The translations under genes and the position numbers were made by a program. The notes beneath the pieces were generated by a model. The model searched no databases. It was not told the origin of the DNA and saw nothing but the letters and a program-made list of their open reading frames with translations. A stretch of DNA of 64,000 nucleotides from NCBI GenBank assembly GCA_013265495.1, contig MU058337.1, positions 5,810,716-5,874,715 of the forward strand, in the 5' to 3' direction. Shown one piece after another: positions 36,986-50,318 of this stretch (within the stretch, counting starts at the first letter, position 1; each line of letters begins with the position of its first letter). This stretch comes from Vicugna vicugna. Its lineage: Eukaryota.

Positions 36986-38959
36986 AAGAGTCAAAACAGG
37001 TACTAATTAACAGGAGGAACTCCCTAGTCTGATCAGAAGCTTCCTTCTGAAGGAAAAATTCTCAGAAGCAGGGGTCGTACCCTGGCCTGAGGTGGAGCAG
37101 GCAGCAGGCTCCCTCGATGTTGCTGCTGTGCCCTTCAATTACCACTGATTTCTCCTGATTTCAGTCAACTTTGGCTTTCCCATGTTTGTGTTCATATTTA
37201 AAATTAATTAGAGACGGTCATTTGACTTGGAGGGTCTTGCTTCGATATGAAGATGAACGATGGGCTGGAACTAACTGGCCTCCTGGGCAGGTGGCAAACG
37301 GGCAAAGGGCCAGAGACGTGGGCTGGGTGGCCTGGCCTGTGTCCCCGCAGCTCTGAGCCCCAGCCCAGGGTCTTCCAGGACGATGAGAACCCCTGCGGGG
37401 ACCTGAGAGGTCCCGTCCGGCAGGGCCGTCTGCACCGAAGTGGCTGCTGCTTTTGACCTGGAGCCGCCGACGTTTTTATGGCACATATTTGTCATGCTGC
37501 TGCAGTAACCAGACTCTAAGACCTATTTCCACTGTGAACCTTTCCTCTGGGAGGAAAACTGGCCTTTCCAGAAACAAGAACCCACCAGCCCCAGGCTCGC
37601 CGGGGCCAGCTCCTTGGTGCCCTGTGGGGGCAGGAGGAACTCCAATCGACAGGGCAGGGCCAACACGCAGATTCACCCAGAGCCCAGCAGTACCCTGACA
37701 GCAGCCCGGCCTCCCCGTGAGACCCAGGCCCTGAGGACATAAACCACGTGGATGGGCGGGGCCCTTGCTCCTTCAGGGAGCTAAGGCCAAATTCACTTTT
37801 CCATCAGTGCCTCAGTCCAGCATGCTGGCCCTGGGCGTGCCTCTGAGATATATTCCAGGTCCCCCAAACGAGGCCAGTTCTCTTCACAGAGGGAGATCTC
37901 ATGACGCTAGTGCAGCATAAACATTAACTAATCCCAAGGAGCAAACACAAGTCTTCACAAGAGCAGATACAGCATCTCCTTGTTCAGTTCTTCAAAAGTA
38001 ATCAGATACAGAAAGCAGGACCCCCCCCCCAAGGCTGCACATATGCCATTCTCCTCTCCCAAAATCGAGGGGACGGGGTGCAGCCGCCTGATGCCCCCTC
38101 CAGGCTGGCCACTCGGCTCAGGGCCCACAGCCACGCACCGGGCCTCCGCCCTCGTGGCTGGGACTGGACTAGGCGTCCCCTCAGCCTGTTCTCTGAGCAT
38201 CAGTTTCATTTCCTTTTGGAGAGACAGACAGAGGCTGTGTCTCTCTGTGAGCTGACAGGACCTTTCTGCCAGGACACCCACTGTCCCCGAGGATCCATCT
38301 TGCTTCCTGGGAGCGGCCACAGGGCAGGACCCGGCCCACCCCATCTGCCCCACCTCGCCTCACTCCACTATGCGATACTTCCAAACCAAACTCTTTCAGA
38401 AAAAGATCATCCTGCTACAAATGGTGTCTTTTCAGTCACAGGAAAGAAAATGAAGTAACTGCTTAAAAGGACTTTTCTATTTTCTTCATTGAGAAAATAC
38501 ATTTAAGAGGCTTTACTTTTAACAAATTTCAGTACTAGTTTATCTTTTCCTTTTTTTCCCTCCCTGTATCATTAAGTCCCACATGTGTACGTGGGCCCTT
38601 CAGCTCCTCTCGATCTAAAGTTGAGTTGTTCTCTTTGTGGAGAAATTATCTTGAAGAGTTGCATTAATTTTTGCAATCTCTAAAACCATTTCCCACTGTG
38701 TCACCTAAGTCTCGGATAACTAACTGCCTCAAAGACAGATGTAAACATTAAAAATTAAAGACCTCTTAATTTGAAAGACATTAAGGTGAAGAACAATTGT
38801 TCCCCAACTCCCTGGGCATCACACAGACTCTCCTGGAAGGCCTGCTCTCCGTGGGGCAGGTCACATCCATGCGGAGTGAAGGGAGCCCCCATGTCAGTGT
38901 CCCCGTCCACGGAGAGGCCCCCTCTAGCAGCCCTTTCAGGCCCAACCATCCAGGATTCA

Positions 38960-39187
<228 letters not shown>

Positions 39188-39409
39188 TCAAATGCTCTGA
39201 GATTTTGCCTCAACAGCAGTAACCTCCTCTGATACTTCACGTTCCAAGTTCACATTCGGGGACAGCAGAGAAAGGCCCTCTCCTCTACCATCACGTCCTC
39301 ATGAGGAGAAGCCCCTGACCTTGGAGGACTGGGCGTGCTGGTGGTGGGCCGCCCCTGGGAATCTCTCAGTCTGCCTTTGCCACAAACAGAGGTGTGACAG
39401 GAATGGAAT

Positions 39410-39670
39410 GTGTCCCACTTATGTGAAATGTCCAGAATCGGCAAATCTCTGCAGACAGAGAGCTGTGTGGTTTGCAGGGGCGGAGGGGGCAGAAGGCGGT
39501 GACTGCTGACTGGTGCCGGGTTTCTCTGGGGGTGATGAAATGTTCTGAGATGGATGGTGGTGATGCTTGTATAACTCTGTGAACAGACAAAAACCACTGA
39601 AGTGCACACTTTAAAGAGGTGAACTGTACTGTACGTGAGCTTTCTACCTCAGGAAAGCTGTTACCAAAAA
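39410..39670 (+). mobile_element. L1MB-like 3' end
   Basis: ccacttatgtgaaatgtccagaatcggcaaatct...ggggtgatgaaatgttctg...aaagctgtt. Confidence 0.85.
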
Positions 39671-42600
39671 GTGGAGTTTCTGTCTATAGCTCAGGGGAGC
39701 CGGGAGCAGCAGCCAAGCATCCAGGCCGTGGGGACCACTGTCCCAGCCTTTGCAAGACATGCCAAGTCCTGACAACCAGGCAGCTCCCGGAAGGTGCCTT
39801 CTAACTCACGGCATGATTTCCAGAGCCCTGCCCATTCCTTGCAAGGAGACAGGTAGCTCCCAGGAGCACTGGCTCAAGCTTCCTGTTCTGATGTTTGCCT
39901 TTCAAGATAAGGAGAGTCCAGGTGGAAGTCCTGGGGTTCAAGCAGGGACTTCCACCAGGAGTCAGCTGTGACTGAAGCTTTTATTTGTTCTCCTTTCTCT
40001 GCCCTTGATAGGAAGGCACCAAGGCGCTGGGCTGGAGTTTTCTCCTATCTTTGTGAAAAAGGGCCTCCCTGTCTTTGAAATGGGAGAGCTGAACTTCCTG
40101 GGGCACCCGCCTCTCTGGGGTGCTGGTGGGCATCCTGGAGTGGGGCTCCTGGACACTCTGCTCGTCCAATATCGCAGAAGTGCCTGGAGAATGTTCTTTC
40201 CTAAAATCCCAGATGATTCCAAGCCCCCCTCCCGGCTCCCCGTGTGGCACAAGCTGTCTCGCTGGCAGTAGGGACCGCCTGAGCCCCGCGCGTTCCTCTC
40301 CTCCGCTGATCAGGTGGTGGGCTGCTTTTTCCTGGCACAGAAATATAGGAAGAGAGGGGATGCCAAAGCTTCGGCGCTGGCACGGAGGCGACACTGAGCT
40401 GGAGAGCTGGGCTGAAAGCGCCGTGCTTGCGACCCTCTGTGACTCACGGTCCCCTGGCGCCTGCGTTCCAGAGAGTGAAGGCTCAACGCGCGAGGAGGGC
40501 CCTTCTTCACAAGGCAGAGGGACAGCAGTGAGGGCAGCTCCAGGGAAACGCGGGGCCCTGTCACGGTGTCACAACAGCCGGCCCCCAAGCCATCATTTCA
40601 GAGCCTTTTCTCTCCTTTCAGAGGCAGGTAGGGCCAGGCGAGCAAGGCAGAGGACAAGTCCCAGAAGCAGCAGCCGCCATTCAGCTTCACACGCAAAACC
40701 CCGCAGACCCAGATCATGGCTCTGACGGAGGCTGAGGGTCCAGAGCTGGCCACACCCAACAGCATCCCAACCCGAGCACTGAGCATTCCGGCGTCAGGGC
40801 CTGTGGCTTTCTGGGAAACAGATCTGAAGTTCAGCAATGGAAATTTCCTCCAAAAATGAGTGACCAGCTCTGGTAGCTTCTTCCTTCACAGATGGACCAG
40901 TGCCCACCGTGGGGAGCCATGTGTGCTCGCCTTGCACCCTCGCCTCCCCAGCCGGGCTTCCTCTGCGGGCATCTGTGAGCCCGGGGCTCACTCAGAGTCC
41001 ATCTCCCCATCCCCGGCACCGTGGGCCCCCCTTGGGTGGGCATGGGCTTGCCCTCCGCATCCCAGTGCTCGGCAGTGCTGGCCACACAGAGCACCTGCCA
41101 CTCACTGCTCTTTATGGGATCTTCAAGTACGTGATTCACAGCCAATACAACTATGAAAAATGAATGAACCTTGGAAATTTCCACTGGTCACACCAAGGGG
41201 GTGGACACCAAACTGACAACGATGCCCATAAGAAACTTGCAGAAGGACAGCTGCCCTGGGCCACAGCCCCACTCCAGACCCGAGCCAGCCACAGCCACAG
41301 TGGCGGTTAGATCCAGGCCGGTGGGGAGCCCGTGGGCAGTGGGAGATGGACAAGTTTACGGGCCTCCACCGTCTGCCCACTGACCTGAGGCTCTGAGTGC
41401 TTGTATCAAGGGAGATCTGCAGAGAGGGACACACAGGTGACTGCAGGTGGTAGGTCCCCCAGAATCATTCAGAAAAACAAAACCTCTGATTTAGCCAGCG
41501 AGAATCCAGAGAGGTGGGAAAGTCCCCAAGTTAGCACACTCCCTTCTCTCTGACTGTTACTCTGATGATCTGATTAAAGGGGCTTCAAAGACAGCGCCTC
41601 TGGATTCGAAATGACCTGCCGCCTGCCCCGCAGTGCTGCCCTGAGTCTCGGAGCCACCCTCGCGGCTCCATCTTTCTCTTCATTCCTCTTTCTCTCCCTA
41701 GTTCCCTGCCCTGTCTCTGCTGCTCTCCACTCATACTATTTTGTGGAAACGTGCGTAATGCATTTCTCTCTGTTCACTTACAGCAATCTGTTTTGTGGTT
41801 TGTTTTCACTCATTTGTCCCTAGAAGAAAGAACTCTTGGTGGTTGTTCCTTGATACTCCACCAAATAGTGAGATCCACTCTGCTCAGCAGAATCATGCTA
41901 TACACACACGCACGCATGCACGCACTCACTTAAACACGGATACACACGTGAACCGGACCTAAATTCAAGCTATTTCATCCCTCAAAAATGTAAGTCAGGG
42001 AAGCAAACGTGGTACAAACCATACGTCAAAGAGTGCAGACGGGGCTGTAACTCGGGGCTGCTCCGCGGACCCGCTGGGCCCCAACGGGCTCCGGTTCCAA
42101 CAACAACCCAGACAGTATCACACAGGCCTCTCGCTTCACCAATCTGCAAGCCTCCCGGTCTGGAGGTGCCTGCCCCACGCCCGCCCCCGAGCTCGGGAAG
42201 GTCATGGAAGCACCTCCCGGATTTCCCCATGTGCTCGGTAAGCCAGGGCATTAACTGGGTGAGCAGAGAGGGCGCCTCAACGTGCAAAGTTTCCACCAGA
42301 CAGCGCACGGGCAGGGCACTGCTACGGAGGGACGTGTGCGCGCACACTTCCCTAACACGCTTGTGAATCATCCGATAAAGACTTAATGATTGTGACAGGA
42401 TGTCTCCAATGTTGGGCTTACAAAATGGTCACAAGCCTCGCAAGTCTTTTCGATAAACCTAGTCAGCCTGATGTCCTTCTCCGCTCCCTGTCTAATTGGT
42501 GTAAAGTTTGGAGGTCTGATTCCTGTATCTTTCATCCGGCTTATTGCGTCCTCTCCTTTGACACGGGGTCAAGGTTCACATTCGCATCCGATTATCGGAG

Positions 42601-45600
42601 CGGACTCATTAAGCGGGAGCCTGCCCTGCCCCAAAATGAGTGAGCTGGGCAGAAACCTCAGCCCATTTACTCAGCAGATTTTAGCATGTTTGGGAGGCCG
42701 GAATGTCACCCGGCACTGCTCTGCGCTGAAGAGTTTCAGACATCTCCAGCTGATGATTAATTGTGAGTGATGGGAAATAAAATCCAGTAAAGCCAGCTGC
42801 TTGCCATGGTCGGCAAAATGACTCTAATGGACATAGGCTGCCAATTTTCCAGTTTTACTGGCAAGTCTTCCAAGTGTAATTAAGGGAAGTTATAAATGAT
42901 ATGGAAATCTATCAAGTTCCATTTATTTTCAGACGACTCTTTCCCCAGAGACTTTTATCTTTGAGCTTATAGACTGCTTTGTTGTGCTAATGATTTAAAC
43001 CACTTCTTATTTCTGATTAAAGCCCCCAATACCCTTCTACCAAGTTCTCTTTACTCCTTTCCCAAAGATTAAAAGACACAGAACCTTCCCCTGCACGTGG
43101 CCCTCCGGGAAAACACACTAAGAGTGGGACATGTTTGGCAACTTGTATCGTTCAAGCTGCAGATGCACGAAGAAAACCCAAGAAGGTGCGGGAAGAGAAA
43201 AAGAAGAGAAAGGGGGAGAAAGAGCTCCACCAAACATAAAAGGCAGCCCCCCAAAGTACAGACTTGAAAGCTGTGCTCAATGCCAGATATTCATCAGAAG
43301 GTGGTGTAGCTCACTAATGTTATTTGATTTGGAATAAAAGCATGAAAATGATGGCAAAGGCCTAAAATTGGAGATGTAAAGGATGACTGCACCGTATTCC
43401 ATTTCTCAATTTCATCCTTCAGAGCCACAAAATGGGGGTGATACAGTGACGGGATGAGATTTACAGTAACAGCTGTGGTCTTCCCACACAAGGGAGGCCC
43501 TTCTAATGGGCTAAGGTCTGTTTTGAACAGACGGGGAGTAACAAAACAAGGTTCCCTATTAAGAGTGTGCAGTCATATTTCTGATAAAGAAAATGATTCT
43601 GGGAGTTGGATTTCCTTTAAGAAGGCCCCTACCCCGTTTTGTCATCCACAACCGGGGCTGTTTTAAAGGTGTTATCCTTTAAATAGAGGAAAGAGGACAT
43701 AAATGGTGTGGAAGGTTTCCCCCCGGTAAGCCTACTCGCTAGCAACTGTAAAGAATGCACAGGAAACTGTGCCAGTGGCATATGGCTTTCTACTGTGCTA
43801 AACATTCATACAAAAGACAGGTTCATCAGTCATTGGAGTATCTGGATAAAAAATTAGCTCCTGATGGATGGTATTTTGAGCTTACCTGCTGCTAGTACAT
43901 TACCAGAGAAACACAGGTTTTGAAACCCACATGACATTAGAAACTGCAGACCATGAAATACGACACGTGCAGGAGCACATAATGTACGCCAGATTATACA
44001 AAATAATAAATAAGCTATTTAAACCCTCTGCCTAAAATTGGGCCCGCTGCAAGGAACCCTGGGTCACTTCTACGCAGGCCAATTAATGCACAGCATCTGC
44101 TGTATAGAAGCGGGGCATGGAGCACTTCCGAATGATTTCAGCAATTAAAAGAAAACTGTTTCCTGCCTGCTCAGACAGCAACTGTTTCAATGCAAGAGTG
44201 AGCACCAAATCACTGTGTGCAGCTGAAAAATTAAGCCCCCTTTTTGGGGAAGTGGGGTGGGTGGGAGGAAGAATTTTTAGGAAAAAGAAGCCTTCTTTTG
44301 TTGTCCTACACTCTGTTTTTCTGCCAAATTAGACAGAAGGCTCGGAGGGCTCCCCGGCCCGCCGCAGGCTCCCCTTCTGCTGCACTGGGCCACCCAAAAG
44401 CGGGGATCATATCAACCCTGCTGCCGAGGCCACAAAAGTTAAAATCCTTCCATTACATTTTTAAAGGCTGCGCTACTCAGAACACAGTGCATTTTTAGGC
44501 CCTCAGATCTGAAGAAAGACGCAGTTAACAGCCACCAGAAAAAGGCGTCTCAGATTTGGTTAAAAGGCACTGCTAGGATCTGATTATAATAACTTCCTCT
44601 TTCTGAGCTGGTAAGACAGGCTGGTTAATATGCCCTGATATTTCCTGAAGAAGAAATGTGCGTTCACATCCCAAGATCTTCCTGTAAAGAGGGCAGGAGA
44701 AGAGATCCTGGAGACAGGGCAGTATTTAAGCAATGACGGAAGGAACCGTCATCGAATTACAAAGAAAGAGGAGTCAGGCGACAGAAATGCTGCCAAGCCC
44801 CTATCTTCGGTCTAAGGCCTCCTTTAATGGGCTCGATCTCCCGGGAGGGCGCCCGGGGGACAGGCCGCAGAGGCAACCCTGCAACCAGGTGCCGCCCTGC
44901 TCCCCTCCCACCCGAGGGCCCCCCGGGGACTGCACCCTGGGCTTTGAAGCAGGGGGCTCTGGGAGCTGAGAGACAGAAAGAATACAGTGAAGTGGCCAAT
45001 ATAAAACAAGTCCAGTTTTTCCTAAAATTCCTTAAAATAAAGAACATTATTACCCCCTATTGCCCTCTAAGTTAGCTCAAAAGTGGAGCCAGAGCCTCTA
45101 AGTCACAAAGAGAACTAGTTCAAACTGATGTCCTTTATGGTATCTGTAAGAAAGCAGTCTGGATTCACTCCCTTTGTGAAGTATGCTGCTTTAAAGGACC
45201 CAGTGAAATAATATTTTTTTAAATTTTTTTATTTTTTAATATTTTTAGCAAAAAGGTGAGAGAAGATATTTTGAATCTTGTTAGGGTTGGGAACTATCAT
45301 CTTCAAAAACATTTAAAATAAAGACAATTATACCCTCTAATTCCAAGCAGAGTATTCCTTGAAAAACAAAATCAGATACTAAACTTGTAGAAGACTCACC
45401 TATGATATTTACTGACTGATCTATAAAAACATTTTATCTTATATTGATAATTATCACTAAGTTAAACTGTAAAAGTTCCCAAATTGTTACTACCAACAAA
45501 AATTAATCATAACATTTAAAAATGTCATCTGGAAAAGACAAAAAGGCCAAAATCAGGATAGCCATTACCTCTGAAGAAAGCAGGACAGGAATTCTACAGC

Positions 45601-45916
45601 AAAGAGGCCACAGGGCATGTTTACTCCAGAAGCAATGTTTTACTGTTAAATCAAATCTGAAGCAAATATGGCAAAGGTGAGCAGACAGCATGTGAGTGCT
45701 CATAACTTTCTGTACATTGGTAGTATCTCATAATTTCAAGTTTAAAAATGTGACATAAGGAATGCATGAGTCTAGCTGCACCTGCTCTGGATGCAATCTG
45801 AGGTACGGGTAAAAGCTGGCACACTGTCAAATAAACTGCTTGAATAACCACTGCTATAAAGTATGTAAATTTAATTCTTGCAATTATTTTATGATTGTAA
45901 ATCAAGGTATCCAGAA

Positions 45917-45959
45917 ACTGAAAATCTATCAAACAGCACTGGAAAATCTATCAAACAGC
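45917..45959. repeat. Tandem duplication of about 21 bp
   Basis: actg(g)aaaatctatcaaacagc occurs twice in tandem. Confidence 0.9.
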
Positions 45960-48900
45960 CAGGCCAGGTTCTCTGCCAGGGGAAGATGCAGGTACTGATA
46001 CGGGGCTGCGTGAGGTCCACTAGTCACTGCCAGACAAGCACACGTTGGGGGGGCCTGATCCAGCCCATTCGTGTGTGGAAGACCTAAGGGCCAAGGAGGT
46101 TTCAAATCCTGCTTCTTCAAGAAATGAAAAGTAAAGGTCTCTTGCCATGTTTCTGTGCGATTTCCCTAGATCAGCTGTAAGCTCCGTTACAGATGGTTTA
46201 GGGACAAAGGGGAAGTGTGAATATCAATCTCTGAAACAGGGCCCCTGTGTCTCCATCCAGCTCAGCGGCCGTCCACCTGCCTGGAGCCCTCTCCCCAAAG
46301 CATCACACACATGCAGAAAAATCAGGGTGCAATCCGGGTGGTACTCCTGGTAATGATTTTTGTTCTCATTGGTGCGCTTTATGGTCCAGCATTGTTTGCC
46401 TAAGACAGTGCTGGTGAGCACGGCAACCTCACACTGCCTTCTCCTGAGGCTCAGCTTGGATGTTCCTCATCTTAGCCCCACAAAATACCGCAAACTCTGT
46501 CTGCTAATACTGCCAGGCTAAGTGGCAAGAAAAAGCAGCAACAGGTACTTACTATCAACCTGTTATTTCACCTGGTCTGACAAACTAAAAACTCACAAAA
46601 TAATTGAGAAAGAAGGAAATGTAAAAGCGTATACAGCTTGCTTCTGGTTCTTGGCTGACATAATTTGTGCTGTATTAAATAAGATGAATATTTCTGATGC
46701 AGATCTGAGACGACTAGAGACTCTAAACAAAACTAGAAAGGATCCTAATTAAATTCAATGTTAAAATGTCCCCATCAGTTGCCTCATTTTTATTTTTATT
46801 TTTTGTTTTGTTTCTGACATCAAAAGGCCGAGCAAACAAATGTGCTCATACCGACCTTATTTTATACCTCAAAGTCAACAAGAAAATTGTGCCACCCATT
46901 CAGCAGCTGGAGTCTAATGCTGGAGAAAAGCATATGCAGCATTATTCTGGAAGAATATATATTTTTAATATTTTTGTTCAAGACTATTATAAAGATAGAA
47001 GTTCAAAAACTTAAAAGTAAGTTATTTTAAAAATGCTGACTTTGATTGTAAAAGGGCCCCGGTTTATGATGTTGTTAAATGTCATAGGTATTTCTCAAAC
47101 TGAAGTGAAAATCAGTTCTTGTAAAAATATTTTTAGAAGGCAGATACAAGAAGACACATAGGAAACTCCTTCTGTTGAACTGTTTCCTGAATTGAATGTG
47201 ACTCTAGTGTCCAAGTACATGCCTGCCTCCTCCTTGCTGGTTTGCTTGCCGGTAGGCATTCTACTGCTTATGAACTAGCATCCCCTCCTGACAGATTCGA
47301 AAAGCCTGTCATACAATCATTCAAAAAATGATTTGACTACTACTTTTAATGTTAAATAGCATTTAATGGACGTTGAAGAAGTATCAGCAACTTCTGCTGC
47401 GCGAACCCCAAACAAGCGCTTAGAGTAAAACCCAGCTCCGTGCTGGGGGTGGGGACCTTCCCCCAGAGCCACCTGGGCACACTCCCCACTTCTAAACAGC
47501 CACCCCAAATCGTTGTGTTCCGAGGTCTTTAAACTCTTAAACCTGTTTACTTCCCAGAACAGATTTGTTCTTTACTGTTTATGTGATGCTTTTGTGGGAC
47601 ACGTTATTGCCAGGCCCGCCACTGTAAGATTTGTCAAGCTTTACTTACACTAAACATAAGAATTACAGATAACTGGAATTTTAACTATAAAAATAACATT
47701 ATAAAGGAAAATAGAATACTTGTAGGTCCTTATTTTTTTGTTGTTGTTCCTTGTTTTCCTTGAAAATACGCACAGATGATTGATTCCATTATCTTTCTAC
47801 TGATAAAAGTGGAGCCCTGGCTCAGCTATTGTTATTCCTAAGAACAAGACACACGCCCTGCAGTGTTAAAATAATTTTAAACCGCAAAACTTAAAAGCTA
47901 CAAGTATCACTGTCTTAAAATGGCCTCAAGTATGTGCCGTGACTCTGGTCCAAGGAAAATTTCTTGTGTTTTAATTACACAAGGCGGACTTAACTGTAGA
48001 AGCTGGTACAAGAGCCGATAATTAAATGTCCCACCGTGTGCCTGATTTAGGTATTAGCAGTTTGGGACACTTTTCACAAATAACAACAGGGAAAACACTG
48101 TTTGATCAGAACACAATGGTACAGAATATGAAAGGAAGTTCTGCAAGGACCAAAGGTGGCAGCAGATGCCGGAGTGAGGAGTGAAAGAACGCACCTGCTC
48201 TCCGTGACCAGCACACGCGTGCGGAGAGAAAGGTGAAGCCCAGACCAGGAGGGGTTCCCCAGGGGCGCGCACCCACCCTCTGATTTAAAGGAATACAGGA
48301 AATAGAGGCCCCAGTCTGTTCTCAGATCAAACCATTCTCGAAGACCCACATTTAATTATTAGTGGTGGTTTTCAGTATCTGAGTTCCCCCAGTGAAACAA
48401 GGACTGATGCCACATTGCTCCATTTTACTAAATGCTTCGCTTTCCCACATTTAATCGTTAACCAGGAAATGGAAAGCATGAAGGCTAAACCCTTCGGTAT
48501 CTGGAGCAGCTAGACTAGGAGCGAGCAGTGGCTAGAAACAAGGAGGCTGCAGGCTCCGGGTTCTCTGCCAGGGAGGCAGCGCAGGCAGGGGCCAGCAGGC
48601 GCAGTCCCCGCTTGTGCTCCCAGCAGGAGCTGCCGCCCCCTCCTCGCCCCCCAACCCTCCGCTCAGGTTCTGACTTAGGTGTTGGAAAAGTAAGGATTTC
48701 CGTTAAACACATTTTTTTCCCTAAGCACAAATGTGATTTTATAATTAAAGCCACACCATTAGGACTGACAAGCTGAGGATGGCAGTATACAGCCTATGTG
48801 GCTTCCAGAAAAAGCCTGAGGAGGAAAATGAAAGAACAAAACAACCCCCTCACAATGTTTACCAGCCTCCACCTCTAGTCAGGAGATTCCACTGGCTCTG

Positions 48901-50177
48901 ATCCTGTAGGGAGTGTGGGCATTCTCACTGTCAAGGCCAAGGGGCTATGTTCTTAGGACCCTAATCCTTTAGAAGGAAGATACATAAGGTGACCCCCCTC
49001 CACATTCAACACATATATATCATTTTTATTATGTATCACCCCTCCCAAACCCTGAACACTAGGGTGTTAGACCACCTTAAGGAGTGCTTTCTTCCGGGAG
49101 CTCAGTGCTCTCAAAGCAAACATAACAATTCACAGCTCCTGAACCTCTTTTATGCTTTTCCACTTCTCTATCACCAGGTAAAGCAATTCTTAAAGTCAGT
49201 TTTCCAACTTCACAAATCAGTTTCAGGACTACTGGTTTAAACCCCTGAAACTGATCATTTTTTCCTAATACTCATCTATTTTAAGGGCTTTTCTAGAAGC
49301 TAATGCCAACCAACGACATGAGCTTTTCTCAATATTATGTGCTTATGTTGTTAATAAAGAAATACAGAGGCAGTTTTCATGTAATCTTTACAGGAAAATT
49401 ATTATAAACTCCTAGGACTTCACTGAGATACAAAATGGAATCACCATATCATCTACTAAGGATTATCATGTTTGGCTCTTATTTTCCAGCACATAAACAA
49501 AAAATGCAGGGACTCAAGTGCTCCTTAGAAACCTTCTGGTCACCTCTTTGTTTTCTTTTTGCTTTTGCTGCTAATCAACAGATTTGTATCTATGCTCTAT
49601 GACAAGGCATGTATCCTTCCAAACTGTCCAGAGCATGTAACCTTAAGACTGCACATGGGAGGAAATATTTATATAGCTTTGATTTGTGCCTTAATGTCAC
49701 CAGGTCAAGATGAGAAACTTCAAAACTGATCCTAAATTTTATTTATCAAGTTACAGAAGTGCTCTGACACTACACAGATTACAGAATGAACTTTCCTTCA
49801 TACCCTTCTCAGTATTCTAGAAAATGTGCAAAAAGTTCTCCCATCGAAGGGTTATTTCTTGGCATGACTTCTTCAAGGATGCTTAAACCACAGACAGCAA
49901 ACAGAAATTTTAAATAAAATGCTTCCTGAAACACTAAATTTGCAAAAAAAAAAAAAAAACAATGAATCTGGCTTTATTTCTGTTCCAGTCCTCAGTCATT
50001 TGGGAGGAGAGGCACTCAGAGATATTGCTACTAACCTAATTCAGATGTGAAACAGTTGGACGAAGAATGCACAAAAGCAACTCCGCTGTTTGGTGGGTAG
50101 GATGACTCAAGAGAGAACCGCACAGAAAAGGATCTGCTTCAGTCTACCCCCGTCCCACAGACAGGTGTGGTCCTTAC

Positions 50178-50318
50178 CAGGTCCCCAGGCTTTACAGAGA
50201 CGGCCACCACCACGCCAGGCATCGGGGAGTGCAGAATACTGCTAGTGTCCTCAGCCGCTTTTTCCAGCATAAATTGGTTCAGTTCTGCAGCAAGTTTGGT
50301 TAAGATATGCACCTTGTA
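50178..50318 (-). CDS. PCCA: PCCA third-last exon ([47 protein letters not shown])
   Basis: 141 nt, phase 0, flanked by ccttaag| and |gtaagg. SPMPG marks the start of the biotinyl domain, and the exon joins in frame to the next one. Confidence 0.98.

Noticed and set aside
40120..40725. 201-aa ORF antisense to the PCCA intron (also 53435-53998)
   Set aside because: GC-rich patches with non-ATG starts and no recognisable domains.
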